Assembly (NCBI GenBank): GCA_003212515.1
Contig: QCPL01000007.1
Span: 2,370 to 66,369 of the forward strand
DNA from: Prochlorococcus sp. AG-436-M02
GTDB lineage: Bacteria > Cyanobacteriota > Cyanobacteriia > PCC-6307 > Cyanobiaceae
Direction of reading: 5' to 3'
DNA length: 64,000 bases
Shown here: one piece after another, positions 50,196 to 62,480 of the stretch
Position numbering within the stretch: position 1 is the stretch's first letter
Layout of the letters: the number at the start of each line of letters is the position of its first letter
Notes under the pieces: model-generated
What the model saw: the letters and a program-made list of their open reading frames with translations, nothing else
The model's database searches: none
Told to the model about the DNA's origin: nothing
Position numbers and translations under genes: made by a program

Positions 50196-50609
50196 ATGCA
50201 TAATAGGGATGCAGTCTTCCTAGAAGATTTATGTCCAAAGTTAAGGGATAGATGTTGGAGACAATCAATACATAATTTCACAAATAAAAAATGTATCTAT
50301 TGCGGCAATAAATCTGAATCAATTGATCATATTATCCCTTGCAGCAAAGGTGGCTTAAGTATTACTGAAAACTGTGTCCCAGCATGTCTCTCTTGTAATG
50401 GAACTAAAACTGACAATGAGGTATTTTCTTGGTATCGACAACAAATTTTTTATGACCCAAGAAGAGCTATGGCAATTCGAGCATGGCTCGATGGAGATCT
50501 TCGACTAGCCATAAGACTCCTACAATGGGCAGAACCTAAAAACATAAAAATGGAAAAAGCATTGCATAAATCCCAAAAAATAAACTTTGACTTCAAAACT
50601 GCTGCCTAA
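50196..50609 (+). CDS. HNH endonuclease-family protein
   Basis: CIYC...DHIIP..GG...NCVPACLSCN..K. Confidence 0.9.
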   Translation: MHNRDAVFLEDLCPKLRDRCWRQSIHNFTNKKCIYCGNKSESIDHIIPCSKGGLSITENCVPACLSCNGTKTDNEVFSWYRQQIFYDPRRAMAIRAWLDGDLRLAIRLLQWAEPKNIKMEKALHKSQKINFDFKTAA

Positions 50610-50612
50610 TCA

Positions 50613-50867
50613 TTACCAAATCTGACAAGCGCTAGCGGTATTGTATTTCTCGCAAATAGAAGCAAGCTGGTGTGGCTTTTCTGGTAATAAAAAGACTGAC
50701 ATGCTTACACAACAAATAACAATTCCTAAAATAAATTTAAACCTGTCTTGCTCTTCAATGGCATGGATATTTTGATGGACATGCCTATCAAAGGCATTAG
50801 CATCTTGGACGAGACTAGAAAAAGAACTATTCATCGGAAAATCATTCAATAATACATTTGTACTCAT
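50613..50867 (-). CDS. Small hypothetical membrane protein
   Basis: One TM followed by PEKP...IC.KYN...ACQIW. Confidence 0.55.
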   Translation of the reverse strand: MSTNVLLNDFPMNSSFSSLVQDANAFDRHVHQNIHAIEEQDRFKFILGIVICCVSMSVFLLPEKPHQLASICEKYNTASACQIW

Positions 50868-51759
50868 GCTTCATGAAGTTGTCAAGAAATCAAGTCCGCT
50901 CCCTTCAAATTCAAAGATCTTGATCTTTGGAGGAGGGTTTAGTGGTCAACATATAGCTAATGTTGCTAGAAAGCTTGGAGCAGAGGTACTATGCAGCCGA
51001 AGGGATAATACAAAAAAAGGAGCAGATTTTGCCTTTGATAGCACAGTAAATAAATTAATATCAGAAAAAATTTTTCATGGGGTTACTCATATCATTAGTT
51101 GTATACCACCTGCTAAAAATGGAGAAGATCCAGTATTAAAGCATTATGGTCAAATAATTCAAAAGATACCCATAAAATGGGCAGGATATCTATCAACAAC
51201 TGGGGTATATGGTGACTATCAAGGAAACTGGGTAACAGAACAAAGTGATGTTCACCCTAGACAACAAAGAAGTATTAGACGACTAGCTTGTGAGAAAGAA
51301 TGGGAATCATTAGGGATACCTCTTCAGATACTAAGATTGCCAGGAATTTATGGTCCCGGAAGATCAGCATTAGAATCCATATCGGCTCAAAAAAATAGTA
51401 TGGTTTATAAGCCTGGACAAGTCTTCTCAAGGATTCATATTGATGATATTGCAGGGTCAATTATTCATTTAATCAATTTATTTGAAGATAAAATATGTCC
51501 TAAGGTTATAAACATTGCAGACAATTTACCAGCCACAAATATAGAGGTCCTTTCTTTTGCAGCTAATTTACTAGATAAACCCCTACCACCAATCGAATCA
51601 TTCGAAGATGCCTCAAAAAAAATGAGTCCAATGGCACTCTCATTTTGGCAAGAAAATAGAAAAGTAAGTAATAAGCAATTATGCAACAAACTTGGTTATA
51701 AATTAATTCATACAGACTATAAAGATGGGCTAAAAGATTGTCTTAAATGTAATCTTTGA
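50866..51759 (+). CDS. NAD-dependent epimerase/SDR-family protein
   Basis: FGGGFSG, YLSTTGVYGD, RLPGIYGPGR, SRIHIDDI. Confidence 0.9.
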   Translation: MLHEVVKKSSPLPSNSKILIFGGGFSGQHIANVARKLGAEVLCSRRDNTKKGADFAFDSTVNKLISEKIFHGVTHIISCIPPAKNGEDPVLKHYGQIIQKIPIKWAGYLSTTGVYGDYQGNWVTEQSDVHPRQQRSIRRLACEKEWESLGIPLQILRLPGIYGPGRSALESISAQKNSMVYKPGQVFSRIHIDDIAGSIIHLINLFEDKICPKVINIADNLPATNIEVLSFAANLLDKPLPPIESFEDASKKMSPMALSFWQENRKVSNKQLCNKLGYKLIHTDYKDGLKDCLKCNL

Positions 51760-51776
51760 ACTTGAATTTAACCATT

Positions 51777-51962
51777 CTATTCTTGAAAGTCTTTTTCCAA
51801 ACTATCAATAACAAAGTCTGACCAATTCAGCGGTTTGTCAGGGTCAACTTGTGAGAAACCCATATTATGAAATAATTGACTCCACTTAATAACCATCCAG
51901 CCATCACGAAGGCCAAGCACCATCCCATAAATTAAAAAACTTAACAGCAATAAACGAAGCAT
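51777..51962 (-). CDS. Small conserved hypothetical membrane protein
   Basis: 61 aa, GLRDGW...WSQL; divergent from pdxA. Confidence 0.55.
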   Translation of the reverse strand: MLRLLLLSFLIYGMVLGLRDGWMVIKWSQLFHNMGFSQVDPDKPLNWSDFVIDSLEKDFQE

Positions 51963-53001
51963 GAATGATAGAAATCGATCTTCAAAAGCTAATAGTCAAG
52001 TCGTCATAGCATTGGGGGACCCTGCTGGTATAGGAATCGAAATAATACTAAAAGCACTTGGAATGAAAAACTTACCAACAGATATGAAACCCTTACTTGT
52101 TGGATGTAAACACACTTTGGAGCTTATCTATTCTCGACTCCATTCTCAAGGAGTTAAAAATCTAGCAAATCCAAAAAAACTAGCAATTATAGATATTCCA
52201 TTTAATGAAACTCTCCAAGAAGGACATCCAACTAGAAAAACTGGTGAGGCAAGCTTCCAATGGTTAACAAAAGCCACTGAAATAGTACTAAACAATGAGG
52301 CAAGGGCGCTCATTACTGCTCCAATAGCAAAATATGCTTGGCAAGAGGCTGGGCATGATTATCCAGGGCAAACAGAGCGATTAGCAGAACTTGCAGGAAC
52401 AGATAATCATTCAATGCTATTTACAGCAAAATCACCATATTCTTCTTTTAGATTAAATACACTACTTGCAACAACTCATATTCCATTAAATGCTGTTGTA
52501 AAAACTCTTTCCAAAGAATTAGTAATTTCAAAACTAAATAGTCTTTTATCGTTTTGTAAAAAATTCAAACCTAATCCAAGATTAGCTATTGCTGGAATCA
52601 ATCCACATGCAGGCGAAAAAGGGAATCTAGGCTCAGAAGAAATTGAATGGTTAATACCTGTTTTAGAAAATTGGCGAGCGAAAAACCCAGAAATAACACT
52701 CGAAGGACCTATATCACCAGATACATGCTGGATTTCATCTGCAAAATCATGGAAAATTGGCCCACAAGAACAATCTCCTGATGGAATCTTGGCTTTATAT
52801 CACGATCAAGGTTTAATACCAATAAAAATTATTGCCTTTGACTATTCCGTTAATACGACATTAGGTCTACCTTTCATAAGAACATCCCCAGATCATGGAA
52901 CAGGTTTCGATATAGCAGGGAAAGGAATCGCAAGAGCTATAAGCATGTTTTCAGCCATTGAAACAGCTTGGGAACTCTCGGAGAACAATTACACTAAGTA
53001 G
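51961..53001 (+). CDS. pdxA: 4-hydroxythreonine-4-phosphate dehydrogenase
   Basis: GDPAGIG.E, NPHAGE, YHDQGLIP, RTSPDHGT. Confidence 0.96.
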   Translation: MNDRNRSSKANSQVVIALGDPAGIGIEIILKALGMKNLPTDMKPLLVGCKHTLELIYSRLHSQGVKNLANPKKLAIIDIPFNETLQEGHPTRKTGEASFQWLTKATEIVLNNEARALITAPIAKYAWQEAGHDYPGQTERLAELAGTDNHSMLFTAKSPYSSFRLNTLLATTHIPLNAVVKTLSKELVISKLNSLLSFCKKFKPNPRLAIAGINPHAGEKGNLGSEEIEWLIPVLENWRAKNPEITLEGPISPDTCWISSAKSWKIGPQEQSPDGILALYHDQGLIPIKIIAFDYSVNTTLGLPFIRTSPDHGTGFDIAGKGIARAISMFSAIETAWELSENNYTK

Positions 53002-53509
53002 GCTTTACTTTAATTAAAGGCTGACCGAACTCAACTGGGGTACCGTTATCAACAAGTATCTCAATAACTTCACCAGAGACCTCTGATTCTAATTCATTCA
53101 TCAATTTCATTGCCTCCAAAATACATACTGTTTGTCCAACCGTTATTCTCGAACCAACTTCAATAAACACTGGCTCACCTGGAGCTGGAGCTCTATAAAA
53201 AGTTCCTACCATTGGTGCAGTAATTTCAATAAAATCTCCTTTAGTAGAAGCTACCGCTGGAGGAGGATTTCCAGGTGCTTCTGCACTAGGGCCTCCAGCA
53301 ACGGGATCTACAGTTACCTGAGCTGAAACAATTGGCGATGCCTCAATAGAAGGAGGTTGGGAAGTTAGTAATACCGGGGCAGGAGAAGAAGGAGGAAGAT
53401 TTCTCTTAATCTCCAACTTAAAGCCTTTTCCTTCCAAGCAAAATTCTTGAATATCGCTTTCGGCCAAAGTAGCCAAAAGATGATCAAGTTGTTCGTGATC
53501 AAGATTCAT
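52994..53509 (-). CDS. accB: Acetyl-CoA carboxylase biotin carboxyl carrier protein
   Basis: APMVGTFYRAP, EAMKLMNE. Confidence 0.97.
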   Translation of the reverse strand: MNLDHEQLDHLLATLAESDIQEFCLEGKGFKLEIKRNLPPSSPAPVLLTSQPPSIEASPIVSAQVTVDPVAGGPSAEAPGNPPPAVASTKGDFIEITAPMVGTFYRAPAPGEPVFIEVGSRITVGQTVCILEAMKLMNELESEVSGEVIEILVDNGTPVEFGQPLIKVKPT

Positions 53510-53514
53510 TTTGA

Positions 53515-54075
53515 TTAGTTCTCCCGCCCTAGATAACTATCATTACGTGTATCTACTTTGATCTTCTCACCTACTGAAATAAATAAGGGAACCATGATCT
53601 GAGCACCTGTCTCCAGAATGGCAGGTTTTGTCCCTCCAGTAGCAGTGTCACCTTTTACTCCTGGATCAGTTTCCTTAACCTGAAGCACAACAGAATTTGG
53701 CAATTCAACCTCAAGAGGCTTATCTTTCCATGAGACTACATTAACTTCCATCCCTTCTTTAAGATACTTTCTGCTTTCGCCAATTTGCTGAGCAGTAAGT
53801 CTTGTTTCTTCATAACTACCCATATCCATAAAAACATAATCTCCAGATTCCATGTATGTATGCTGAAGTGTAGCTTTTTCAAGCAAAGCTTGAGGAACCA
53901 TTTCACCAGCACGAAAAGTTTTCTCTACTACATTTCCAGATTGGACTGATTTTAGCTTAGTTCGAACAAATGCAGAACCTTTTCCAGGCTTTACATGAAG
54001 GAATTCCACTACTCTCCAAACAGCACCATCTAATTCAATGGTGGTACCAGTCCGGAAGTCGTTACTTGAAATCAT
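53515..54075 (-). CDS. efp: Elongation factor P
   Basis: [28 protein letters not shown]. Confidence 0.98.
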   Translation of the reverse strand: MISSNDFRTGTTIELDGAVWRVVEFLHVKPGKGSAFVRTKLKSVQSGNVVEKTFRAGEMVPQALLEKATLQHTYMESGDYVFMDMGSYEETRLTAQQIGESRKYLKEGMEVNVVSWKDKPLEVELPNSVVLQVKETDPGVKGDTATGGTKPAILETGAQIMVPLFISVGEKIKVDTRNDSYLGREN

Positions 54076-54138
54076 TTCGGCTGACCATACCTCGAGATCA
54101 TAAGTCTGTGCGAAAGTTATGCATGAGATGAAAACCAC

Positions 54139-55215
54139 ATGACAAAAAAAATCCTACTCCTGGCCCTTTTAGCTCTCTTCATCCCTACTGGTTTGATTTG
54201 GATAAATCCTGCTAATGCAGCACTACCTACAGGAAACAGAGTTAAAGATCCTTATTCGATTTTAAGGAACTCACTCCCAATTAATCAAAAAGATTTAAGA
54301 GATATTCAACATACACTTGAAGATACTAGTGACTTAGTAAGAGGAAATCGTTGGCCAGCTGTAAGTAAAGCTGCCTCAAGAAGTCAATTCTTAGTCAACA
54401 CTCGTAAACCTGCAATACTCGAAGCAATACCTAATAAAAACAAAGGCAAAGGAGAAAAAATCCTTAAAGATCTAAAAGAGGATCTAACAAGTTTGAACGA
54501 AAACGCAAGCCAAAAAAACAAAGATGCATTTATTAAAATACGTCGTAAATCACTTCAAGAAATAGGCAATATTGAAGCATTGCTTCTTCCTGAACAATAT
54601 CCATACAACATACCATCTGAATTTGATAATCTGCCTAGACTTTTAGGTAGAGCAAGCGTCAACATTGAAACATCCAAAGGAAAGATGTATGCAATTATTG
54701 ATGGATATAATGCACCCTTAACTGGCGGTGCATTTATAGATTTAGCTCAAAAAGGTTTTTATGATGGCTTGCCTATGAATAGAGCCGAAGAGTTTTTTGT
54801 TCTACAAACGGGAGATCCAAAAGGATCAGCCATTGGATATATAGATCCAGAAACCAAAGAAGAACGACATGTTCCTCTTGAAATCAAAGCTCCTGGAAAA
54901 AAAGAAACTCTTTACAATCAAACCTTTGAAGAAATTGGTCTATATACCGAAACACCCATTCTTCCTTTCGCAACGCTTGGAACTCTAGGTTGGGCCCATT
55001 CTGATAAAGCCTTAGATGATGGCTCATCTCAATTTTTCTTTTTTCTATATGAAGCAGAATTAAACCCTGCAGGAAGAAATTTAATTGATGGAAGAAATGC
55101 AGCGTTTGGTTATGTAGTAGAAGGAGAAGAAATCCTGAATGAATTAGGAGTAAATGATCGAATCATTTCAATAGATGTTGTTGCAGGTTCAGAAAATCTC
55201 CTAGACCATGCCTAA
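54139..55215 (+). CDS. Cyclophilin-type peptidyl-prolyl isomerase (thylakoid CYP38-like)
   Basis: Signal peptide; [25 protein letters not shown]. Confidence 0.9.
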   Translation: MTKKILLLALLALFIPTGLIWINPANAALPTGNRVKDPYSILRNSLPINQKDLRDIQHTLEDTSDLVRGNRWPAVSKAASRSQFLVNTRKPAILEAIPNKNKGKGEKILKDLKEDLTSLNENASQKNKDAFIKIRRKSLQEIGNIEALLLPEQYPYNIPSEFDNLPRLLGRASVNIETSKGKMYAIIDGYNAPLTGGAFIDLAQKGFYDGLPMNRAEEFFVLQTGDPKGSAIGYIDPETKEERHVPLEIKAPGKKETLYNQTFEEIGLYTETPILPFATLGTLGWAHSDKALDDGSSQFFFFLYEAELNPAGRNLIDGRNAAFGYVVEGEEILNELGVNDRIISIDVVAGSENLLDHA

Positions 55216-56212
55216 CAAAAATCATGCCAATGAAAAGCTTAGTGAGATTGGCGAAGAAGAAATACTTCAAAGACTTAAAAAATATATGGAAAATGGGCAA
55301 ATTGATGACGACACAGCGGTAATCGAAAGTAAAAACAAAGATATAGTTATTAATACTGACCTTTTAATAGAAAATATTCACTTCAATGAAAAGACAAACA
55401 CACCTACAAATATTGGCTGGAAAGCTGTAGCAGTAAATATTTCTGATCTTGCTGCAAGTGGCGTTGAAGAAGTTATTGGTATCACAGTAGGATTAGCAGC
55501 ACCTCCATCAACTACTTGGTATTGGGTAAATAATGTATACAAAGGGATAGATGCCGCATTAAATGAATATGGTGGGAAATTATTAGGTGGTGATTGTTCC
55601 AGTAGCAACCAAAGAATGCTTTCGATTACTGCATTTGGACGAAAAGGAAAAATCAATCTTCATCGATCCAATGCTAAACCAGGAGATCTAATTCTAACTA
55701 GCGGTTCACATGGACTCAGCCGCTTAGGACTCAGTTTACTACTATCAGATCAAGAAATAGATACATCTAATTTATCTGAATTACTTAAATCAAAGGCAAT
55801 TAAAGCCCATCAAAAGCCGAAAGCCCCAATAAAAGCACTTCAAAAACTTATTAATTGCAAGCCTAAAACTATTCCATGGTCAGCAGCAGCAGCAGCAGAT
55901 AGCAGTGATGGATTATTAAATGCAATCAAATGTATATGCAAAAGCAGCAACTGCTCAGCAATACTTGATAAACATAATTTACCAATTAACAATGAATGGC
56001 CAAATGACATTAAATCTACTGAATGGTGCCTTCACGGTGGAGAGGACTTCGAATTAGTGGTAAGTCTTCCGCCTATGTGGGCACAAGCATGGATTAAATC
56101 GCATCCATCAATTAAAGCTATAGGGCAAATGAAAAAAGGGGAGCCCGAAGCTAGATGGAGCAGCGGCGAAATAATACCAATTTCTTTAAAAAATAACTTT
56201 AAGCACTTTTAA
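55208..56212 (+). CDS. thiL: Thiamine-monophosphate kinase
   Basis: DDTA, GWKAVAVNISDLAA, GGD, DSSDGL, GGEDFEL. Confidence 0.95.
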   Translation: MPNKNHANEKLSEIGEEEILQRLKKYMENGQIDDDTAVIESKNKDIVINTDLLIENIHFNEKTNTPTNIGWKAVAVNISDLAASGVEEVIGITVGLAAPPSTTWYWVNNVYKGIDAALNEYGGKLLGGDCSSSNQRMLSITAFGRKGKINLHRSNAKPGDLILTSGSHGLSRLGLSLLLSDQEIDTSNLSELLKSKAIKAHQKPKAPIKALQKLINCKPKTIPWSAAAAADSSDGLLNAIKCICKSSNCSAILDKHNLPINNEWPNDIKSTEWCLHGGEDFELVVSLPPMWAQAWIKSHPSIKAIGQMKKGEPEARWSSGEIIPISLKNNFKHF

Positions 56213-56233
56213 AAATTTTTTAAAAGTGCTTAA
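56199..56233. terminator. Inverted repeat between convergent thiL and gap (probable bidirectional terminator)
   Basis: TTAAGCACTTTTAAAAA-T-TTTTTAAAAGTGCTTAA. Confidence 0.6.
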
Positions 56234-56246
56234 TTTAACTACTAAG

Positions 56247-57269
56247 TTATTTCCAGTTCTTAGCAACAACCTCAGCTAAATCAACAACTCTTTGACTATA
56301 TCCCCACTCATTATCATACCAAGCTACAACCTTTCCTAAATTATCTCCAATAGCCATAGTCAATTCAGTGTCAACAATAGTGGAATCATTTGTACCAGCA
56401 TAATCACTAGAAACAAGGGGAGTATCTCCATACTTTATGATTCCTTTCATAGAACCTTCAGAAGCTTGTTTTAAAGCAGCATTAATAGAATCTGCAGTAA
56501 TCGATTTACCAGATTCAAAAACTAAATCAACAGCCGAAACATTTGGCGTTGGAACTCTCATTGCAATACCTGTAAGCTTTCCTTTCATTTCTGGATAAAC
56601 CAAAGCAACAGCTTTAGCAGCCCCTGTAGAAGTAGGAACTATATTCATAGCCGCAGCACGAGCTCTTCTCAAATCTCGATGACTATTGTCTAAGATTCTT
56701 TGGTCACCTGTGTAACTATGGATTGTTGTCATCAGCCCTTTGTTAATTCCAAAAGATTGATCAAGAACCTTGACTATTGGTGCAAGACAATTAGTTGTAC
56801 AACTTGCATTACTTAAGACATTAAAATCGTCATGGCGATATTGGTCAGCATTAACTCCAACCACAAAAGTACCTACACCCTCTCCTTTCCCAGGAGCAGT
56901 AAGAATTACCTTTTTAGCTCCAACCTGTAAGTGCTTACTAGCACCCTCAAAGGTATTGAAAACACCCGTAGATTCAATAACTAAATCAATTCCCCATTCT
57001 TTCCAAGGGAGATTCATTGGATTTCTATCTGAAAAACATTTAATTGTCTTACCGTTGATAATGAACGTATCGTCCGTGTAATCAATTTCAGCGTCTTTTA
57101 TTTGTCCAAGAATTGAGTCGTACTTCAATAAATGAGCATTGGTTTTAGGATCAGAAGTAACGTTAACTCCTACAAGATCAAGTCCTGTATTCTCACCTCG
57201 ACTTAACCAACACCTCATGAAGTTGCGACCAATTCGGCCGAATCCATTAATCGCAACACGCAAAGCCAT
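56247..57269 (-). CDS. gap2: Glyceraldehyde-3-phosphate dehydrogenase (Gap2 type)
   Basis: [39 protein letters not shown]. Confidence 0.95.
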   Translation of the reverse strand: MALRVAINGFGRIGRNFMRCWLSRGENTGLDLVGVNVTSDPKTNAHLLKYDSILGQIKDAEIDYTDDTFIINGKTIKCFSDRNPMNLPWKEWGIDLVIESTGVFNTFEGASKHLQVGAKKVILTAPGKGEGVGTFVVGVNADQYRHDDFNVLSNASCTTNCLAPIVKVLDQSFGINKGLMTTIHSYTGDQRILDNSHRDLRRARAAAMNIVPTSTGAAKAVALVYPEMKGKLTGIAMRVPTPNVSAVDLVFESGKSITADSINAALKQASEGSMKGIIKYGDTPLVSSDYAGTNDSTIVDTELTMAIGDNLGKVVAWYDNEWGYSQRVVDLAEVVAKNWK

Positions 57270-57456
57270 TTTAAAAAATACAAAAACCAGGAGGGCCTGT
57301 GATCATACAGAAAAGTGGCGCAATTGCTAAATTTTTTGGGCTTCTTCATGAAAAAAAAGCTCAAACCTCAGTAAAAAGGTAAAAATAAATCCAAAAATTA
57401 AAAAACGAGCTTACTTAGAATTACAGCGTTATTCTTCGTGCGTCTGAAAAAACCAG

Positions 57457-58911
57457 TTGAGTAATACTCCAAACCATAATCAGCATTTCCATTTCATCGG
57501 CATTGGTGGAATAGGCATGTCAGGTCTAGCATGGGTTTTGGCTAAAAAAGGATACTCAGTTTCCGGTTCAGATACAGTAGAAAATGCATCTATAAGGAAA
57601 TTAAGAACCATAAATATCAATATATTTAAAGAACAAAAAACAAAGCATATAACTCAAATAACAAATTCTCACAAAAATGAAGTAGTCATTGTAATTAGTT
57701 CAGCAATATCAGAAAAAAATAAGGAGCTTCAAGAAGCTCATAAGCAAAAACTAAGAATATTTCATCGGTCAGAGATCCTTTCTTATTTAATAAGCAATAA
57801 AAAGTCAATTTTAATTGCTGGCAGTCATGGTAAAACGACAACTAGCACATTAATATCAACTATACTCGCAAATAATAACTACGACCCAACATCAATTATA
57901 GGAGGTATAGTTCCACTATATAAAAGCAATGCTTATGCAGGTAATGGAGACCTATTGATAGCGGAGATAGACGAATCAGATGGAAGTATTACCAGATATG
58001 CTGGCGATATTGCATTATTAACTAATATTGAACTCGATCATACTGATTACTATAAAGATCTAAATTCATTAATGGAATCAATTAACTTATTTGCTAATAA
58101 TTCTAAAGTAGTTGTAGCAAATTATGATTGCCCAAATCTCAGAAAATATCTCTCCCGAAAATCAATCTGGTATTCAACAAAGACATTTGACGAAGTTAAG
58201 TTTGCAGGAATACCTATAGAAATGAATGGAATGGGAACAACTGCAAATTATTTTGAGAAAGGAAAATTAATTGACCAAATCAAAATATCACTTAGTGGAT
58301 TGCATAATTTCCAAAACACAATTAGTGCAATTGCTGCTTGCAGGTCATCTGGAATAAGCTTTCTAGAAATAAAAAATTCATTGTCTAATTTAGAATCACC
58401 ACAGCGTAGGTTTGAATTTAAAGGTACCTGGAATAATAGGAATTTAATTGATGATTATGCTCATCACCCAACTGAAGTCAGAGAATCAATTTCAATGGCT
58501 CGTTTACTAATTAATAGCAAGCAAAGCTTTCTTCCTATTAAAGCAGAGCGTTTAATTATTATTTTCCAACCTCATAGATACAGCAGACTAAGAGATCTTA
58601 TGAAAGACTTTGCTAACAATCTCAGTAAAGCTGATTTAATTATACTTGCTCCAATATATAGTGCTGGAGAAACTCCAATTAAAGGAGTAAATAATGAAAT
58701 ATTAAAATCATTTATTTTAGAAAGAAACCCATCTTTATGTATTATTAATTGCAATAATATAAATGATATAAAAAATAAAATCAAAGAAAAAACTCAAGCG
58801 CATGATCTTATAGTAATTATGGGTGCTGGTGACATAGTTCAATTGTCTAAAGAACTAATAAACGATCCAAATAAAAATAAACAACTTGAAAGTAAAATAC
58901 ATGTCAATTAA
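57457..58911 (+). CDS. murC: UDP-N-acetylmuramate-L-alanine ligase
   Basis: [42 protein letters not shown]. Confidence 0.97.
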   Translation: MSNTPNHNQHFHFIGIGGIGMSGLAWVLAKKGYSVSGSDTVENASIRKLRTININIFKEQKTKHITQITNSHKNEVVIVISSAISEKNKELQEAHKQKLRIFHRSEILSYLISNKKSILIAGSHGKTTTSTLISTILANNNYDPTSIIGGIVPLYKSNAYAGNGDLLIAEIDESDGSITRYAGDIALLTNIELDHTDYYKDLNSLMESINLFANNSKVVVANYDCPNLRKYLSRKSIWYSTKTFDEVKFAGIPIEMNGMGTTANYFEKGKLIDQIKISLSGLHNFQNTISAIAACRSSGISFLEIKNSLSNLESPQRRFEFKGTWNNRNLIDDYAHHPTEVRESISMARLLINSKQSFLPIKAERLIIIFQPHRYSRLRDLMKDFANNLSKADLIILAPIYSAGETPIKGVNNEILKSFILERNPSLCIINCNNINDIKNKIKEKTQAHDLIVIMGAGDIVQLSKELINDPNKNKQLESKIHVN

Positions 58912-59809
58912 AGATTTAAATACACCAGAGATTAAAGCTATGGTGTCACTGAAAAGTTTCAATACATGGAAAATTGGAGGTTTGGCTCAATTCCTTACTG
59001 AACCGAAAAATATAGCTGAGCTTTCCCAAGTACTTACTTGGTGCAAAAGAAATGCTATCACCAGTCATATAATAGGTGCTGGCTCCAATCTATTAATTAA
59101 CGACACGGAGCTTACAGGACTAACAATATGTATGAGAAAAATGAATGGATGCAAAATAGATGCAAAGACAGGAATTGTTGAAGCTTTTAGTGGAGAGCCA
59201 ATACCAAATTTAACAAGGAAAGTAGGTAAACAAGGTTTACATGGGCTTGAATGGGCAATAGGAATTCCTGGCACTGTTGGAGGCGCTGCAGTCATGAATG
59301 CAGGAGCACAAGGGAGTTGCTTGGCAGATCGATTAATCTCAGTAAAAGTAATTTCACTCGAAGAGGGCAATCTTTTTGAAATTAAAAGAAATGAACTTCA
59401 GTACTCATACCGAAGAAGTATTCTCCAAAAAGAAAAACTGATTGTTGTATCGGCTCGCTTTAAGCTTGAAGCTGGTCAAGATACCAATAAAATCAACAAA
59501 CTAACAAATGAAAATCTCTCTAATCGTTTAGCAACACAACCTTATCAAATTCCTAGTTGCGGGAGTGTTTTTCAAAACCCTAAAAACCAAAAAGCCGGTC
59601 AAATTATTGAAGATCTCGGTTTAAAGGGACTCAGAAAAGGTGGAGCAGAGATTTCCTCCATCCATGCAAACTTTATAGTGAATCATCATAATGCCACAGC
59701 CAAAGATATCTTAGATCTAATGGCAACTATTCAAGAAAAAGTGCAAAAAAAATATGGTTTTTTACTGCATACAGAAGTAAAACGACTTGGATTTGAAGAA
59801 ATCTCCTAA
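58901..59809 (+). CDS. murB: UDP-N-acetylenolpyruvoylglucosamine reductase
   Basis: [33 protein letters not shown]. Confidence 0.97.
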   Translation: MSIKDLNTPEIKAMVSLKSFNTWKIGGLAQFLTEPKNIAELSQVLTWCKRNAITSHIIGAGSNLLINDTELTGLTICMRKMNGCKIDAKTGIVEAFSGEPIPNLTRKVGKQGLHGLEWAIGIPGTVGGAAVMNAGAQGSCLADRLISVKVISLEEGNLFEIKRNELQYSYRRSILQKEKLIVVSARFKLEAGQDTNKINKLTNENLSNRLATQPYQIPSCGSVFQNPKNQKAGQIIEDLGLKGLRKGGAEISSIHANFIVNHHNATAKDILDLMATIQEKVQKKYGFLLHTEVKRLGFEEIS

Positions 59810-59833
59810 TGTAATAGTCAGGTATTAAAAAAA

Positions 59834-60181
59834 ATGGCAGGATTCGGACTTCCAAATTTCGGGCAAATCACAGAAGCCTTTAAGAAAGCTCAACAAATTC
59901 AACAAGACGCTCAGAAGCTCCAAGAAGAGTTAGATGAAATGGAACTCGAAGGGTCTAGCGAAGATGGCAGAGTCATTGTCTGGCTGTCAGGAAATCAAAA
60001 GCCACTTCGCGTGAAAATAGATGAATCTCTCTTAACTGAAGAGCTAAAAATTATAGAAGACTCAGTACTCGAAGCAATTAAAACAGCACATGAAACCTCT
60101 ACTACCAATATGAAAAATAGAATGCAAGAACTCACAGGTGGTCTAAATCTTAATCTTCCTGGGATGGATGATAAGAGTTAA
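59834..60181 (+). CDS. YbaB/EbfC nucleoid-associated protein
   Basis: [27 protein letters not shown]. Confidence 0.92.
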   Translation: MAGFGLPNFGQITEAFKKAQQIQQDAQKLQEELDEMELEGSSEDGRVIVWLSGNQKPLRVKIDESLLTEELKIIEDSVLEAIKTAHETSTTNMKNRMQELTGGLNLNLPGMDDKS

Positions 60182-61103
60182 TCATTTCTTTTACACAATT
60201 GCGATACTGATCATATCTTTCCCAATTCCTGGAAACAATACACCCAGGTTCTTCTAAATGTAAACAATTCCTAAATTTACAATTTTTATTTTGTAGCTGA
60301 GACCTTACTTCAGGAAATAATTTACCTAAAGAATAAGGGTTGATATTAAAACCAGGATGATTAAAACCAGGAGTATCTGCAATAAAAGATCCTTCACCAA
60401 GAGAGAAAATTTCCACATGTCTTGTTGTATGTTTACCTCTTCTTGATTTTCTTGATAGATCACCAACTGGTATGGACGTAGCAGGAACTAAATAATTAAT
60501 CAAACTACTTTTTCCAACTCCAGAAGGACCACATAATACACTTAATTTTACTAATCTAAATTTATCTAATAATTGATTAAAACCATGACCATTTATAATA
60601 GAAACAGGAAAAATATTATATCCCCATGATTGGAATCTCTCAATATATTCTTCTACAATCACTTCAGTGCCTAAATCACTCTTTGTAAGAATAATATTTA
60701 CATTATTAGAGGAATATTCAGCTTTAACTAAAAAGCGTGACAATTGATTTAAATTTATTAAAGGATCATTTAAAGAAATTACAACAAAAAGATCAGTGAA
60801 ATTTGCAATTGATGGGCGTTTTAAAATACTTATCCTTGGCTTAACACTATTAATTACACCTCTATAATTAACCCAATCAATTTCTCCAACTAATACAATA
60901 TCTCCAACAAGTATAGAATAGCCATTATAAGATAGCTTATTTCTTTTAGTACAAATCAATCGAACAGTTTCGGAAGGATTAGTTTCCTTATTTATTTTCA
61001 ATAGTGCTTGACTAAATTCTATTTCTACTATTAAAAAATTTGCTTTTAATGCAACTACAGTTCCTTTTAAATCTTTTTTATTTATTCCCATTTCCTCTAA
61101 CAA
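60150..61103 (-). CDS. rsgA: Ribosome small-subunit-dependent GTPase A
   Basis: [35 protein letters not shown]. Confidence 0.95.
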   Translation of the reverse strand: MLEEMGINKKDLKGTVVALKANFLIVEIEFSQALLKINKETNPSETVRLICTKRNKLSYNGYSILVGDIVLVGEIDWVNYRGVINSVKPRISILKRPSIANFTDLFVVISLNDPLINLNQLSRFLVKAEYSSNNVNIILTKSDLGTEVIVEEYIERFQSWGYNIFPVSIINGHGFNQLLDKFRLVKLSVLCGPSGVGKSSLINYLVPATSIPVGDLSRKSRRGKHTTRHVEIFSLGEGSFIADTPGFNHPGFNINPYSLGKLFPEVRSQLQNKNCKFRNCLHLEEPGCIVSRNWERYDQYRNCVKEMINSYHPSQED

Positions 61104-61317
61104 GAAATCTAATCCAATTCAAATCAGTATGAATTATTTGTATCTCATAGCCTTCTTTCCTCAATCCAGTAAGAACAGTTTCTTCAGGTTCGCCTTTATC
61201 AAGATCTACTTGTAAATTTTGATCTTGATTTAATTCCTCCAATGCCAAGCGACAACGTACAAAATTAACTGGGCATGGAGTTCCTCTAAGATCAAGATAT
61301 TGAGACATCAATATCAT
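61078..61317 (-). CDS. TusA/SirA-family sulfur carrier
   Basis: [12 protein letters not shown]. Confidence 0.88.
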   Translation of the reverse strand: MILMSQYLDLRGTPCPVNFVRCRLALEELNQDQNLQVDLDKGEPEETVLTGLRKEGYEIQIIHTDLNWIRFLVRGNGNK

Positions 61318-62435
61318 TCATTACTAAAAAGTCTATTGAATAATCCGCTCTTATGGTGATGATTCTGAGGCCCCTTAGCAGAATAATGACTCGCTAATTT
61401 CTCTAACAAAATCTTTTCATCTTCAGTTAATCGTGAAGGAATCTTAATCTTTACAACAATACAATGATTACCTCTAGCTACAGGATTTCCTAATTTAGGT
61501 ATACCTTTATTATCTAAAATTAAAACGGCACTTGGTTGAGTTCCTGCAGGGATTTGAAGACTAGTTGGACCATCAACTGTATCAACCTCAATTGAGTCTC
61601 CGAGAATTGCTTGCAAGTAACTTACATGAACTTCCGAATGAATATTCAATCCTTCTCGTTTCAAACGAGGGTGAGCCTTGACTTTAATAAAAACATATAA
61701 ATCTCCTGAAGGACCTCCTTTCAAGCCTGCATTTCCTTCTCCAGAAACACGCAAGCGAGTCCCAGTATCAACTCCTGCAGGAATATTTATACGTAATTTC
61801 TTTCTAACCTGCTTAACTCCCTGCCCACCACAACTCTGGCAAGGATTAGAGATTGTTTGGCCAACACCTCCACAAGCAGGGCAATCAGAAACTTGGGTAA
61901 AACTTCCAAAAGGTGTTCTTGTTGCTCTACGAACTTGCCCAGCCCCACCACACGTAGAACAAGTTGTTGGACCGCTTCCAGGTTTAGACCCGCTTCCTCG
62001 ACAAACATCGCAGGTTTCTAAATGAGGAATCTTTATCTCCTTCTCTTCTCCAAAAACAGCCTGATTAAAATCAATGGTTAAATCATATCGAAGGTCATCT
62101 CCTTGTTGAGGTCCTCTTCGTTGTTTTCTAGATCCCGCGCCAGCTGCTCCTCCAAAAAATGTTTCAAAAATATCGGCAAATCCCCCCATATCTCCCATAT
62201 CTGGCATACCAGCAGAGCCACCCAATCCAGCCTCGCCAAACTGGTCATATCTTGCTCTCTTCTCTGGATCCCCTAAAACTTCATAAGCACGACCAATTTC
62301 CTTAAAGCGTTCTTCAGCTCCAGGTTCTTTATTAATGTCTGGATGATATTGACGCGCTAAACGTCTATATGCACGTTTCAAAGTGTCAGCATCAGCGTCT
62401 CTACTAACTCCTAATTGGTTGTAAAAATCAGCCAT
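61314..62435 (-). CDS. dnaJ: Chaperone DnaJ
   Basis: HPD J-domain, G/F region, four CxxCxGxG repeats. Confidence 0.98.
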   Translation of the reverse strand: MADFYNQLGVSRDADADTLKRAYRRLARQYHPDINKEPGAEERFKEIGRAYEVLGDPEKRARYDQFGEAGLGGSAGMPDMGDMGGFADIFETFFGGAAGAGSRKQRRGPQQGDDLRYDLTIDFNQAVFGEEKEIKIPHLETCDVCRGSGSKPGSGPTTCSTCGGAGQVRRATRTPFGSFTQVSDCPACGGVGQTISNPCQSCGGQGVKQVRKKLRINIPAGVDTGTRLRVSGEGNAGLKGGPSGDLYVFIKVKAHPRLKREGLNIHSEVHVSYLQAILGDSIEVDTVDGPTSLQIPAGTQPSAVLILDNKGIPKLGNPVARGNHCIVVKIKIPSRLTEDEKILLEKLASHYSAKGPQNHHHKSGLFNRLFSNE

Positions 62436-62480
62436 CAGCTATTAATTATACGTTGGGGAAGAAAAGTAAAACTCATAAAA

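Noticed and set aside
50196-50609. HNH gene as a mobile homing endonuclease
   Set aside because: No flanking repeats or intron context; sits within apparently core gene order near pdxA.
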